Source: an uncultured Alphaproteobacteria bacterium
Lineage (GTDB): Bacteria; Pseudomonadota; Alphaproteobacteria; Rhizobiales; Xanthobacteraceae
Assembly (NCBI GenBank): GCA_963831515.1
Contig: CAWHQL010000001.1
Location: 78,555 to 142,554, forward strand
Direction of reading: 5' to 3'
Length of the DNA stretch: 64,000 bases
Position numbers and translations under genes: made by a program. Below are positions 18,563 through 27,826 of this stretch, piece after piece. Under the pieces are notes generated by a model that worked only from the letters and a program-made list of their open reading frames with translations, was not told the DNA's origin and made no database searches. Numbering within the stretch: position 1 is the stretch's first letter; every line of letters begins with the position of its first letter.

Positions 18563-18856
18563 TTATTTTTGTGGAGCCGCCCGCATATTGCCCCAAGGAT
18601 CGACTTTTTGCTGTTTGACGTCCGGCAGTCTGCTCATCGTAGACTGGTAGGCATCGTCGGTGTCTTTCTGGTAGGCCCGTTTTTCCTGGATCTTCGCTTT
18701 CTGTTGATCGCTCATGGCCGGGGGCGCCGAAGCATGCTGCGCATAGGCGCATGGCGCCTGCATCAGAAGCGCGGCCGCGCCTAGCGCTATCAAGAGCAAG
18801 TGCAGGACGTGATGCCGGACGGTGGTCGGCGAGGTCAAGAGTGAGTGCATGGTCAT
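18563..18856 (-). CDS. small secreted protein (hypothetical, 97 aa)
   Basis: Signal ...LLLIALGAAALLMQAPCAYAQ. A lysine/glutamine-rich mature part ends in DPWGNMR. Confidence 0.5.
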   Translation of the reverse strand: MTMHSLLTSPTTVRHHVLHLLLIALGAAALLMQAPCAYAQHASAPPAMSDQQKAKIQEKRAYQKDTDDAYQSTMSRLPDVKQQKVDPWGNMRAAPQK

Positions 18857-18947
18857 CTACCGCATGTCGATACGGAAGCGCCGTTATTATCACACGGCGG
18901 CTTCAAAGTCCGCCAGGGATCGTGAGCCGACGCCGGTGCGGCGCCGT

Positions 18948-19202
18948 CTAATCTTTGCGAAAGACCCTAAGTATTGCTCTCGCAATGAGCCAAAAGACAC
19001 CAAGTACAACCGCAAGAAGTACAAACGTTTCGGCCAATGCCAGGGCGGAATAGATCAACGCCGCGGCAGAATGAAGTATGGACATTGCGTGGGATCGGCC
19101 TGGCGAGGAAATTCTGGTGCCGATTACCTGCCACGCATCGGCAAAGTCTTGTCGATCCCGGACAAGAATTTGATAGTTTTTGCCATCGACGCGAAAGGTC
19201 AA
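18948..19202 (-). CDS. possible small membrane protein
   Basis: 84-aa ORF with a TTG start. The C-terminal half has two hydrophobic helices (AAALIYSALALAETFVLLAVVLGVFWLIARAIL). No clear RBS. Confidence 0.3.
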   Translation of the reverse strand: MTFRVDGKNYQILVRDRQDFADAWQVIGTRISSPGRSHAMSILHSAAALIYSALALAETFVLLAVVLGVFWLIARAILRVFRKD

Positions 19203-19232
19203 GGCGCATCAATCTATTAAAAGGAGGCGGGC

Positions 19233-20048
19233 GTGGCAGTGAGAATCGAAAAGAGCGGCGCGGTTTGGACGGTGATCCATGATCGGCCGGAAGCGCGGAA
19301 CGCAATGGACCCCGCAAGCGCGGATGCGCTGACCGCGGCTTTTCTTGAATTCGACGCCGACAAGAAAGCCTCAGTTGCCGTGTTCTACGGTGCAGGCGGA
19401 TCGTTCTGCGCCGGATGGGATCTCAAATACGTCAGCACGCTGAACGCCGAGTATCCGCTGGGCGAGCTCGACATTCCCTCAATCGGTACTCACGGCAATG
19501 GCAAGGAAATTCCGCGCGGGCCTTTGGGTCCTTCTCGCCTCGAGTTGGACAAGCCGGTCATCGCGGCAATCGAGGGGCCGGCCGTCGCCGGTGGAATGGA
19601 GCTCGGGCTGTGGTGCGATTTTCGCGTGATGGCGAAGGAGTCCTACTTCGGTGTCTATTGTCGTCGCTGGGGCGTGCCATTGATCGACGGCGGAACGGTG
19701 CGTTTGCCGCGCATCGTCGGCCAGGGCCGCGCGTTGGAAATTATTCTGACCGGACGAAAAGTGCCGGCTGAAGAATGTCTCGACATTGGCCTGTGCGAAT
19801 ATGTGACTCCCAAAGGAGGCGCGCGCGCAAAGGCGGAAGAGCTGGCACAGGAGATTGCCCGTTTCCCGCAGGTTTGCGTGCGGGCCGACCGTCGCTCGGC
19901 AATCAAGAGCCATGGATTGACGGTCCGCGAGGCGCTGATCCAGGAGTGGTACAACGGACGCGAAGCGTTGATCGAAGACGGCGTTGCCGGAGCCTCGCGC
20001 TTCAAGGACGGCCTTGGTCGACACGGCGACTTCGCGAAGATCCGATAG
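19233..20048 (+). CDS. enoyl-CoA hydratase/isomerase (crotonase) family protein
   Basis: GTG start after AAAGGAGG. RPEARNAMD, FCAGWDLK, AAIEGPAVAGGMELGLWCD and PRIVGQGRALEIILTG motifs. Confidence 0.85.
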   Translation: MAVRIEKSGAVWTVIHDRPEARNAMDPASADALTAAFLEFDADKKASVAVFYGAGGSFCAGWDLKYVSTLNAEYPLGELDIPSIGTHGNGKEIPRGPLGPSRLELDKPVIAAIEGPAVAGGMELGLWCDFRVMAKESYFGVYCRRWGVPLIDGGTVRLPRIVGQGRALEIILTGRKVPAEECLDIGLCEYVTPKGGARAKAEELAQEIARFPQVCVRADRRSAIKSHGLTVREALIQEWYNGREALIEDGVAGASRFKDGLGRHGDFAKIR

Positions 20049-20063
20049 ACAGCTGGAGCTTTC

Positions 20064-21026
20064 CTAAAACAAAGAGCCCCAATCGGCATTACGGGCGCGC
20101 TTGAACAGCGCGCCGTCGCGGCGCGAGACCACCTGATCGCTCGCCGACCCGTCGGGCCGGCACAGCTTCAAAGTCGTGTGACCGCCGGCTTTGCGGGGAC
20201 GAGCAATGACTCGCGCCCCGGCGGGCAATGCCGGTTTTCGCGAAACCGCCAGGTAACTGAACTTCTCGTCTTCCCAGGGAACGTCCACGCGTTTGGTCTG
20301 CCGGTGCACGCGCGAGCGGGCAACGCGTTGGGCGAAATGGCACCAATCCGGTGGCTGAAGCGGGCATGCCTTCGCGTGCGGGCAGGGCGCGATCACATGA
20401 GCGCCGGCCTCAATCAGCTGGCTGCGCGCGGCAAGAATCCGTTGCCAGCCGGCAGGCGTTCCCGGTTCGACGATCACCAGCGTGTCCGCGGTCAGATCCC
20501 AGAGCCGTCGCAAAACAGAATGGCGGACCTTCGGAGCAAGCTCGTTCAGGGCATAGGCCAAAGTGACGAGATCGCGCGTTCCACAATCGATGGCATCGAC
20601 GGCGGCATCCGCCACGCGCCAGGTGATGTGCGGCAGCTCAGCCCCAGCCGCCAATCGTTCGCCATAGGCGCGAAAGACAGGGCTCGCTTCGACAAGGACG
20701 GCCTCGGTGAGGCCGGGCCAGCATTCGGACGCAGCCCAAAGAGCAGTGCCCGGTCCGGCGCCGATATCGAGCGCCGTCTTTGGCGCGAAGTCCGGGCGAA
20801 CCTCTGCAACGGCGTCAAAACTGGCGCGGACGGCTGCGTAGGTCGCCGGCAGACGCACCGCGAGATAGGCGAGCGCGTCGCGATCGCTTATGGCGCGTGA
20901 TTTCGTGTCATGCTGTTCATCGCGGTAGCGCTGCGACAGGGCGGCTGCCGTCGCGGCGAGATCAGACAGTGCCGTGCCGTTCAGCGCGTCATCGACGGCG
21001 CGGCGCAGGAGAGGTGGAAGGTCCAT
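20064..21026 (-). CDS. Rsm22-like SAM-dependent methyltransferase
   Basis: 320 aa. LDIGAGPGTALWA SAM motif and a C-terminal Cys cluster CPHAKACP...WCHF, as in bacterial Rsm22-family proteins. Confidence 0.7.
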   Translation of the reverse strand: MDLPPLLRRAVDDALNGTALSDLAATAAALSQRYRDEQHDTKSRAISDRDALAYLAVRLPATYAAVRASFDAVAEVRPDFAPKTALDIGAGPGTALWAASECWPGLTEAVLVEASPVFRAYGERLAAGAELPHITWRVADAAVDAIDCGTRDLVTLAYALNELAPKVRHSVLRRLWDLTADTLVIVEPGTPAGWQRILAARSQLIEAGAHVIAPCPHAKACPLQPPDWCHFAQRVARSRVHRQTKRVDVPWEDEKFSYLAVSRKPALPAGARVIARPRKAGGHTTLKLCRPDGSASDQVVSRRDGALFKRARNADWGSLF

Positions 21027-21089
21027 CGATCACCGTCGCCAGTAAAAATCCGGCTGCCTTCTTAAACAAATGGATGATAAACCGGTTAC

Positions 21090-21821
21090 ATGCGGCTGAC
21101 GATAAACTGCGACATGGGCGAGGGGTTCGGCCTTTATCGCCTTGGCGACGATGCGGCGATGATGGCCCACATCGATCTTGCCAATGTCGCCTGCGGATTT
21201 CACGGCTCGGATCCGTCGATCATGCGCGAGACGGTTCGTCTTGCGAAAAAGCACAAGGTCAAGGTCGGCGCACACCCGTCGCTGCCCGATCTTCAGGGCT
21301 TCGGCCGCAGGGCCATGGTCATTGCGCCGGCGGAAGTGACTGATCTCGTGACCTATCAGGTTGGCGCATTGAAAGCCTTTCTCGATGCAGAAGGTCTTCC
21401 GTTGAACCACGTGAAGCCTCATGGGGCGCTCTATGGCATGGCGGCCCGTGACGGGAAAATTGCGGCGGCAATTGCCGACGCCGTGCTGCCGTTCGGCGTG
21501 CCAATTCTCGGTATGGCTTTCACCGCGCACGAAACCGCTTACCGCGACAAGGGAGTCGAACTGATCCCGGAATTCTATGCCGATCTCGACTACGACGGAG
21601 ACGGCAATCTGATCCTCAGCCGCGTCCATGATGCGGTCGATCCCGCGAAAGCCGCGGCGCGCGTGCTGCGCGTGATGCGGGACCATGCGGTCACGACAAC
21701 CGCCGGCCGGGATATTCCTGTCAAAGCCGCGACTGTCTGCGTGCATTCTGATACGCCCTCGGCTGTGGCGATTGCCGCCGAGCTGGACCGGGTTCTTCGT
21801 CAGGTTCCGGCCCAACCTTGA
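21090..21821 (+). CDS. pxpA: 5-oxoprolinase subunit A (LamB/YcsF family)
   Basis: MRLTINCDMGEGFG...ANVACGFHGSDP...KPHGALY motifs. No pxpB or pxpC lies adjacent. Confidence 0.85.
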   Translation: MRLTINCDMGEGFGLYRLGDDAAMMAHIDLANVACGFHGSDPSIMRETVRLAKKHKVKVGAHPSLPDLQGFGRRAMVIAPAEVTDLVTYQVGALKAFLDAEGLPLNHVKPHGALYGMAARDGKIAAAIADAVLPFGVPILGMAFTAHETAYRDKGVELIPEFYADLDYDGDGNLILSRVHDAVDPAKAAARVLRVMRDHAVTTTAGRDIPVKAATVCVHSDTPSAVAIAAELDRVLRQVPAQP

Positions 21822-21880
21822 TCTTTTGCAGCCCTTATTCGGCTCTTGTGATGCCAAATTTGTTAGATAGCTGCCTGCCG

Positions 21881-22285
21881 ATGACACGGAACGGTCTTAT
21901 CAGCACGGTTGCCGCCCTGGGAACGCTCCTCGGGGCTTTGTCGCTGTGCGGATGCACGTCCGACGAGGTCGCCAGCCGCATTCTGGTCGAACCGGAAAGG
22001 TTTCAACTCTACAACTGTCCGGAGATTGCGACCGCAAGCCAAGCCAATATGACCCGGCAACATGAGCTCGAGGCGCTTATGATCAAGGCCGGCCCGAGTG
22101 CCGGCGGCCAGATCGCGAGCAGCATGGCCTATCGGCCGGAATACAACCAACTGCGCGGGGAGATGGTGCAGCTTCGCAAGGCTGCGGCTGACAAGAATTG
22201 CAGGATTACCCCCGGTACTGTCGCGCCTGGTTCCCCTGCGTCCGCCCCGCCGCGCACGGCCCCAAGCAAACAGATCGTCCAGTAA
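21881..22285 (+). CDS. lipoprotein (hypothetical)
   Basis: MTRNGLISTVAALGTLLGALSLCGCTS has a lipobox (LSLCGC). 134 aa. Confidence 0.6.
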   Translation: MTRNGLISTVAALGTLLGALSLCGCTSDEVASRILVEPERFQLYNCPEIATASQANMTRQHELEALMIKAGPSAGGQIASSMAYRPEYNQLRGEMVQLRKAAADKNCRITPGTVAPGSPASAPPRTAPSKQIVQ

Positions 22286-22361
22286 TCAGCGGAACTTTTT
22301 CCCCGCATGGAACTTGTTGGCGTGGAACCCGCCACGAACCGTGGCCTAAATGGGGGCGAGC

Positions 22362-22523
22362 ATGGGCATTTTGATAAGCATTCTCATAACCTTCCTGGTC
22401 ATCGTTCTAGTACTTTATTTAATCAACATGCTGCCGATCGATGGGCGGGCGAAGCAGATCGTCCGCGTGATCGTCATCATCATCGGCGTTCTGTCGCTGC
22501 TGAAATATCTGGCGATCTACTAG
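22362..22523 (+). CDS. 53-aa two-TM membrane protein (resembles the Thivi_2564 small-protein family)
   Basis: Below the ORF-track length cutoff. GGGGGCGAG RBS. MGILISILITFLVIVLVLYLINMLPIDGRAKQIVRVIVIIIGVLSLLKYLAIY. Confidence 0.55.
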   Translation: MGILISILITFLVIVLVLYLINMLPIDGRAKQIVRVIVIIIGVLSLLKYLAIY

Positions 22524-22526
22524 CGC

Positions 22527-24848
22527 CTAAAGCCTGATCGCCCTTAGCCGCAAAGCGTTGCCGATGACGCTGACCGAGGACAGCGCCATCGCTGCGGCGG
22601 CGATGATCGGGGACAGCAGCAGGCCGAAGGCGGGATAGAGCACGCCTGCGGCGATCGGCACGCCGAGCGCATTGTAGATGAATGCGAAAAACAGGTTCTG
22701 CCGGATGTTGCGCATCACGGCTTGTGAAAGCACGCGCGCTTTGACGATGCCTGTGAGGTCGCCCTTCAGCAAAGTGACGCCGGCGCTTTCAATCGCGACA
22801 TCGGAGCCCGTTCCCATGGCGATGCCGACTTCGGCGGCGGCGAGTGCCGGCGCGTCATTGACGCCATCGCCGGCCATGGCGACCGCGCGGCCCTCGCGAC
22901 GCAACTTTTCGACGACGGCACTTTTCTGATCGGGCAGGACTTCCGCCTCGACCTCGCTGATGCCCAATTGGCGCGCGACGGCCTGCGCTGTGGTGCGGTT
23001 GTCGCCGGTGAGCATGACCACGCGAATGCGGTCAGCGGCGAGGGCCTTCAGCGCGTCCGGAGTGGTCTGCTTGATCGGATCGGCGATGGCAATGACGCCA
23101 ACCGTGTTGCCGTCGACGGCGAGGAAAATAGCGGTCGCACCATCGCCGCGCAGGTATTCGGCTTCCCTGCCCAAGGATGACGTGTCGATATTCAGCTCCG
23201 CGAGAAAGTGCGCATTGCCGAGCACGATCTTTTTGCCTTCGACCGTGCCCGTCACGCCTCTCCCTGCGGGTGAATCGAAGTCGCTGGCTGGCAAAAGTTG
23301 GAGCTTTCTCTCGGCTGCCGTGGCCAGGATTGCCGCCGCGAGGGGATGTTCGCTGCCGCGCTCAACGCTTGCCGCAAGCTTCAAGACCTGCGCTTCATCA
23401 AGTCCGGACGCAGGGCGAACCGCTACCACCTTCGGCCTGCCTTCGGTCAGCGTGCCGGTCTTGTCGATGACCAGCGTGTCGATCTTTTCCATTCGTTCCA
23501 GCGCTTCGGCGTTCTTGATCAATACGCCGGCCTGCGCGCCGCGTCCGACCCCGACCATGATCGACATCGGCGTCGCAAGACCCAATGCGCAGGGGCAGGC
23601 GATGATGAGAACGCTGACGGCCGCCACCAGAGCGTAAGCGAAGCGCGGCTCCGGACCGAACACGGCCCAGGCTGCGAATGCGGCGATTGCCACCGCGATC
23701 ACCGCCGGCACGAACCATGCCGAGACCTGATCCGCCAGACGCTGGATCGGCGCGCGACTGCGCTGCGCCGATGCCACCATCTGCACGATTTGTGAGAGCA
23801 GCGTATCGCGCCCGATTTTGTCGGCGCGCATGATGAAGCTTCCACTCTTGTTGAGCGTGCCGCCGATCACGGGCGAATCCTTTTCTCGCGTGACGGGCAT
23901 GGACTCGCCGGTGATCATCGACTCGTCGATGGCCGATCGGCCCTCGAGCACGACGCCATCCACCGGGACTTTGTCACCGGGACGAACGCGCAGGCGATCG
24001 CCTGCATGGATATCGTCGAGCGAAACCTCCTCATCGCTGCCGTCGCCTTTTACGCGGCGCGCGGTCTTGGGCGCGAGGTCGAGGAGGGCGCGGATCGCAC
24101 CTGATGTCGCCTCGCGCGCGCGTAATTCGAGAACCTGGCCCATCAACACAAGAACCGTGATGACGCTGGCAGCTTCGAAATAGGTTGATGGCGCGCTGCC
24201 ATGGACGCCACGGAACGCCTGCGGGAAAATTCCCGGCACGAAGGTGGCGATAAGGCTGTAGGCATAGGCCACGCCGGTGCCCATCGCGATGAGGGTGAAC
24301 ATGTTCAGGTTGCGCGTCACCAGCGATTGCCAGCCGCGCACGAAGAAGGGCCAGCCGGCCCACAGAACAACCGGCGTTGCGAAAGCGAACTGCACGTAGT
24401 TCGAGAGCGTCTGATCGATCCAATTGTGTGCGCCAGCGATGTGCGCGCCCATTTCGAGCACGAAGACGGGGATCGTGAGCACAAGGCCGATCCAGAACCG
24501 GCGTGTCATGTCGACAAGTTCGGGGTTTGGTCCGGTGTCGCTGCCGGCAAGTTCGGGCTCGAGCGCCATTCCGCAGATTGGGCAGGAGCCCGGACCGACC
24601 TGCCGGATCTGCGGATGCATCGGACATGTGTAGATCGCGCCTTCGACAACGGGCTCGGGCTGGCGCGGGCCGAGATATTTTTGCGGATCGCTTATGAATT
24701 TCGTGCGGCAGCCGGCTGAACAGAAATAATAGGTGTGGCCGTGGTGATCGGCGCGGTGCTTGGCGGTGTGCGGATCGACGGTCATGCCGCAGACGGGATC
24801 GACCGCGCGCTCCGCAAGTGCATGGTCGTGGTGATGTTGTGCCGTCAC
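22527..24848 (-). CDS. copA: copper-translocating P1B-type ATPase with a YHS/TRASH-type N-terminus
   Basis: 773 aa, GTG start. [25 protein letters not shown] and TGES motifs. The N-terminus has HHHDH, then VCGMTV...[12 protein letters not shown] (YHS/TRASH), then [22 protein letters not shown]. There is no GMTCxxC HMA domain. Confidence 0.92.
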   Translation of the reverse strand: MTAQHHHDHALAERAVDPVCGMTVDPHTAKHRADHHGHTYYFCSAGCRTKFISDPQKYLGPRQPEPVVEGAIYTCPMHPQIRQVGPGSCPICGMALEPELAGSDTGPNPELVDMTRRFWIGLVLTIPVFVLEMGAHIAGAHNWIDQTLSNYVQFAFATPVVLWAGWPFFVRGWQSLVTRNLNMFTLIAMGTGVAYAYSLIATFVPGIFPQAFRGVHGSAPSTYFEAASVITVLVLMGQVLELRAREATSGAIRALLDLAPKTARRVKGDGSDEEVSLDDIHAGDRLRVRPGDKVPVDGVVLEGRSAIDESMITGESMPVTREKDSPVIGGTLNKSGSFIMRADKIGRDTLLSQIVQMVASAQRSRAPIQRLADQVSAWFVPAVIAVAIAAFAAWAVFGPEPRFAYALVAAVSVLIIACPCALGLATPMSIMVGVGRGAQAGVLIKNAEALERMEKIDTLVIDKTGTLTEGRPKVVAVRPASGLDEAQVLKLAASVERGSEHPLAAAILATAAERKLQLLPASDFDSPAGRGVTGTVEGKKIVLGNAHFLAELNIDTSSLGREAEYLRGDGATAIFLAVDGNTVGVIAIADPIKQTTPDALKALAADRIRVVMLTGDNRTTAQAVARQLGISEVEAEVLPDQKSAVVEKLRREGRAVAMAGDGVNDAPALAAAEVGIAMGTGSDVAIESAGVTLLKGDLTGIVKARVLSQAVMRNIRQNLFFAFIYNALGVPIAAGVLYPAFGLLLSPIIAAAAMALSSVSVIGNALRLRAIRL

Positions 24849-24866
24849 GCCTGCACCTTGTCTGTG

Positions 24867-24883
24867 ATACCCCTAGGGGGTAT
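24867..24883. promoter_or_regulatory. CsoR-type operator in the divergent copA-csoR spacer
   Basis: ATACCCC T A GGGGGTAT has 7 of 8 matching arms. This is the G/C-tract inverted repeat typical of CsoR operators. It lies in the 44-bp gap between the copA start (24848) and the csoR start (24893). Confidence 0.6.
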
Positions 24884-24892
24884 ATAGACGCC

Positions 24893-25168
24893 ATGGCAAA
24901 AGACAGCAAGGCAGCAACGCTCAAACGGCTCAACCGCATCGAAGGCCAGGTGAGGGGCCTCGCCCGCATGGTCGAGGACGATCGCTACTGCATCGACATC
25001 GTGACGCAGATCGGCGCGGTTCGCGCCGCGCTGCGGCGTGCCGAGGAAGAAATCCTGCGCGATCATGTGGCACATTGCGTCGATCACGCCATCAGAAGCG
25101 GCAACAAGACCGATCAGCGGCGCAAGGTGGCCGAATTGATGGACGTGATGGGCCGCGCGGCGCGCTAG
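24893..25168 (+). CDS. csoR: CsoR/RcnR-family metal-sensing transcriptional repressor
   Basis: 91 aa. LKRLNRIEGQVRGLARMVEDDRYCIDIVTQIGAVRAAL...HVAHC, a Cys-His-Cys ligand pattern. Confidence 0.85.
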   Translation: MAKDSKAATLKRLNRIEGQVRGLARMVEDDRYCIDIVTQIGAVRAALRRAEEEILRDHVAHCVDHAIRSGNKTDQRRKVAELMDVMGRAAR

Positions 25169-26187
25169 CCGAATTTCTTCCGCGCCAGGGCCACGCCCTT
25201 GCCGAGCGCCATAAGCTTTGCGTCGGCGATATCGCGCCGCATCGGTGCCATGCCGCAATTGGTGCAGGCGACGATCTTCTCCTTGGGCACGAACTTCATC
25301 ACCTCGGCGATGACCTGCTCCACCTGTTGCGGCGTCTCGACCTTGTCGCTCGCGACATCGATCACGCCGACCAGTACGTCCTTGCCTTCGAGCAGCGATA
25401 AAAGCTTGAGCGGAACATGCGAGTGGATGCACTCGACCGAAACCTGGCCGATGCGGCTTTTTGCGAGTGCGGGAAAAATCTCCTCGTACTGACGCCATTC
25501 ATCGCCGAGCGAATTCTTCCAGTCGATATTCGCCTTGATCCCGTAGCCGTAGCAGATGTGCACGGCCGTGGTGCACTTCAGCCCATCGATTGCGCGATGC
25601 AGCGCCTCGATGCCCCAACCGGACACTTCGCTCATGAAAACATTGAAGGCCGGCTCATCGAACTGGATAACATCGACCCCATCTTTTTCGAGGGCGCGTG
25701 CTTCCTGATTGAGCAGATCGGCGAAGGCCATCGCCATCTTGATCTTGTCGCCGTAATGCGCGTCGGCGATCGTATCGGAAATTGTCATCGGCCCAGGCAT
25801 CGTGATCTTGAGTTTGTGCCGGGTGTGCGCGCGGGCAAAGCGCGCCTCGGTCTGGTGCACGCGGCCTTTGAGTTTCAACTCGCCACGCACGACGGGCACC
25901 ATGGCCTTGTAGCGATCGGCGCGGATTCCCATCTCGACCTTGTGCGCGAAGTCGATGCCGTCCACGAATTCAAGAAAACCATGCACGAAATGCTGACGCG
26001 ACATTTCTCCATCGCAGACGATGTCGATGCCGGCGTCTTCCTGCCACTTGATCGCGAGCAATGTTGCGTCGAGCTTGGCAGCGGCGAGTTCATCGCCTTG
26101 CAGTCGCCACTGCGGCCACAACTTGTTCGGCTCGGCGAGCCAGGATGGCTTGGGCAGGCTGCCGGCGACGGTCGACGGGAAGATCAT
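25165..26187 (-). CDS. cobalamin-independent methionine synthase family protein (MetE C-terminal-domain-like, about 340 aa)
   Basis: MIFPSTVAGSLPKPSWL..., VHICYGY and ACTNCGMAP are Zn-ligand motifs. The ATG at 26187 overlaps the upstream stop (ATGA). Confidence 0.8.
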   Translation of the reverse strand: MIFPSTVAGSLPKPSWLAEPNKLWPQWRLQGDELAAAKLDATLLAIKWQEDAGIDIVCDGEMSRQHFVHGFLEFVDGIDFAHKVEMGIRADRYKAMVPVVRGELKLKGRVHQTEARFARAHTRHKLKITMPGPMTISDTIADAHYGDKIKMAMAFADLLNQEARALEKDGVDVIQFDEPAFNVFMSEVSGWGIEALHRAIDGLKCTTAVHICYGYGIKANIDWKNSLGDEWRQYEEIFPALAKSRIGQVSVECIHSHVPLKLLSLLEGKDVLVGVIDVASDKVETPQQVEQVIAEVMKFVPKEKIVACTNCGMAPMRRDIADAKLMALGKGVALARKKFG

Positions 26188-27401
26188 GCTGGAACGGTCT
26201 CGTAGCGTTGCGGAGGCCGCCAACTATAGAGCCAATCGTAGCGCGCGCGCAGCCTTTCTCCGCCCATCGCCCGCATCGCAAGATTGCGTACGAAGGCCTC
26301 CGGTCCGCTTCGCCCGTAAATACGATCCTGACGCCGGGAGAATTGTTGGGCACGCGCGGTGCGATGCCAGCGCGCGCCTTCATAGGCCCGCAGTGCGTCG
26401 GCCGGATCATCGATATATTTCGCCAGCATGTCCGCGAGCACGACGGCATCCTCGATCGCCATGCTCGCACCCTGCGCGAGGAACGGCATCATCGGGTGGG
26501 CGGCGTCCCCGATAAGCGTGACAGGGACCTTCGATCCACGGAATGGATCCTTGCGGTCATACAGTGCCCATTTCAGCCAGCGGTCAGGAATGGCGATCAG
26601 CGCGCGCGCCTTTTCCGACCAGGCCCAGCGCGCGAAATGCCGGAGAATTTCGGCACGATCGCCGGCAGCCGACCAGCCGATCTCGTTCCATTCGTCGTGC
26701 ACGATGCCGACAATATTGATCAGTGTGCCGGACTTGACCGGATAGTGGACGAGGTGCGCGTCCTGACCGAGCCACAGATGCACCAGCGGCTGACGAAATT
26801 CTTCCGGGACCGCGCTGGCCGGAACAAGCGCGCGCCAGGCCGTGCGGTGCCGAAATGTCGGCGGCGGCAGCCGCCGCAGACGCGAGGCGACGTTCGACCA
26901 GATGCCGTCGGCACCGATCAGCGCGATCCCGCGTTCATCGAGAACCTGCGAACCGCGCTTGCCGAGTACGCTGACGCCTCTGCCATGGGCCGCGAAATCC
27001 TCGACGCGCACGCCGAGTTCGAGCGCGATGTCGCGTTCGTTGCGGACGGCGTCAATGAGCGCCAATTGCAGATCGCCGCGATGGATCGACCAGTAGGGCG
27101 CGCCGAAACGCCGCTCCACTTCCTCGCCCAATGGAATGCGTACGACCTCGCGCGCGGATCCACCCGACATCACGCGGATGGCCTGCGGTGCGACCGCAAC
27201 TGAAGCGAGTCGCTCGCGCAGCCCCAGCGCGATCAGGACGCGGCTTCCGTTCGGCGAGAGCTGAACGCCGGCTCCTGTCTCTTCAAGTTTTCCGGCCTGT
27301 TCGTAGACAGTCACGCGGACGCCGGCGCGCGCGAGCGCCAGTCCGGCCGTCAATCCGGCGATGCCGGCTCCGGCGATGATGACATGACGCGGTTGCGCCA
27401 T
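26184..27401 (-). CDS. FAD-dependent aromatic-ring monooxygenase (salicylate hydroxylase/UbiH-like)
   Basis: VIIAGAGIAGLTAGLALARAGVRVTVYEQ is a GxGxxG motif. Also LIGDAAHPMMPFLAQGASMAIEDA. Confidence 0.85.
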   Translation of the reverse strand: MAQPRHVIIAGAGIAGLTAGLALARAGVRVTVYEQAGKLEETGAGVQLSPNGSRVLIALGLRERLASVAVAPQAIRVMSGGSAREVVRIPLGEEVERRFGAPYWSIHRGDLQLALIDAVRNERDIALELGVRVEDFAAHGRGVSVLGKRGSQVLDERGIALIGADGIWSNVASRLRRLPPPTFRHRTAWRALVPASAVPEEFRQPLVHLWLGQDAHLVHYPVKSGTLINIVGIVHDEWNEIGWSAAGDRAEILRHFARWAWSEKARALIAIPDRWLKWALYDRKDPFRGSKVPVTLIGDAAHPMMPFLAQGASMAIEDAVVLADMLAKYIDDPADALRAYEGARWHRTARAQQFSRRQDRIYGRSGPEAFVRNLAMRAMGGERLRARYDWLYSWRPPQRYETVPA

Positions 27402-27422
27402 GGTCGGAAATCCCGATGCAGG

Positions 27423-27671
27423 TCAGGCGGCGGCGGACAGAGGCAGCGCGCACTCAGGCGGGCGCGCCGCATGCGGATCAAGCGCTGAGTTGAAGCGATA
27501 GAGCGTCGAGCAGTAAGGGCAGATGATTTCCTTGTCCTCGCCGATGTCGAGGAACACGTGCGGATGGTCAAATGGCGGCGTTGCCCCGACACACATGAAT
27601 TCCTTGGCGCCGATTTCGATCACCGGCACGCCCGGATCATTGTGGAAGTGGGGGACGACGTGTTCCGCCAT
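27423..27671 (-). CDS. zinc-finger (zf-CHCC, NDUFS6-like) domain protein
   Basis: GAGGAG RBS. 82 aa with MCVGATPPFDHPHVFLDIGEDKEIICPYCSTLY. Confidence 0.7.
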   Translation of the reverse strand: MAEHVVPHFHNDPGVPVIEIGAKEFMCVGATPPFDHPHVFLDIGEDKEIICPYCSTLYRFNSALDPHAARPPECALPLSAAA

Positions 27672-27826
27672 GGAAACTCCTCGTGTTAGCCGCTGGTCGA
27701 GCAGCGAAATTTCGAACGGCACCATAGCGAGGCGGGTCGGCGATGCCTAGCTCATTCACAGAATTCCGCCATCGGTGCCGTGGAAACGCCTTGGTTCGCG
27801 GGCACGAAGCGCGAAGATCGGAATTC

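Noticed and set aside
25165-25168. Convergent csoR and MetE-like genes share the tetranucleotide CTAG as overlapping stop codons.
   Set aside because: The observation is real but is a trivial consequence of compact convergent genes. There is no evidence of function.
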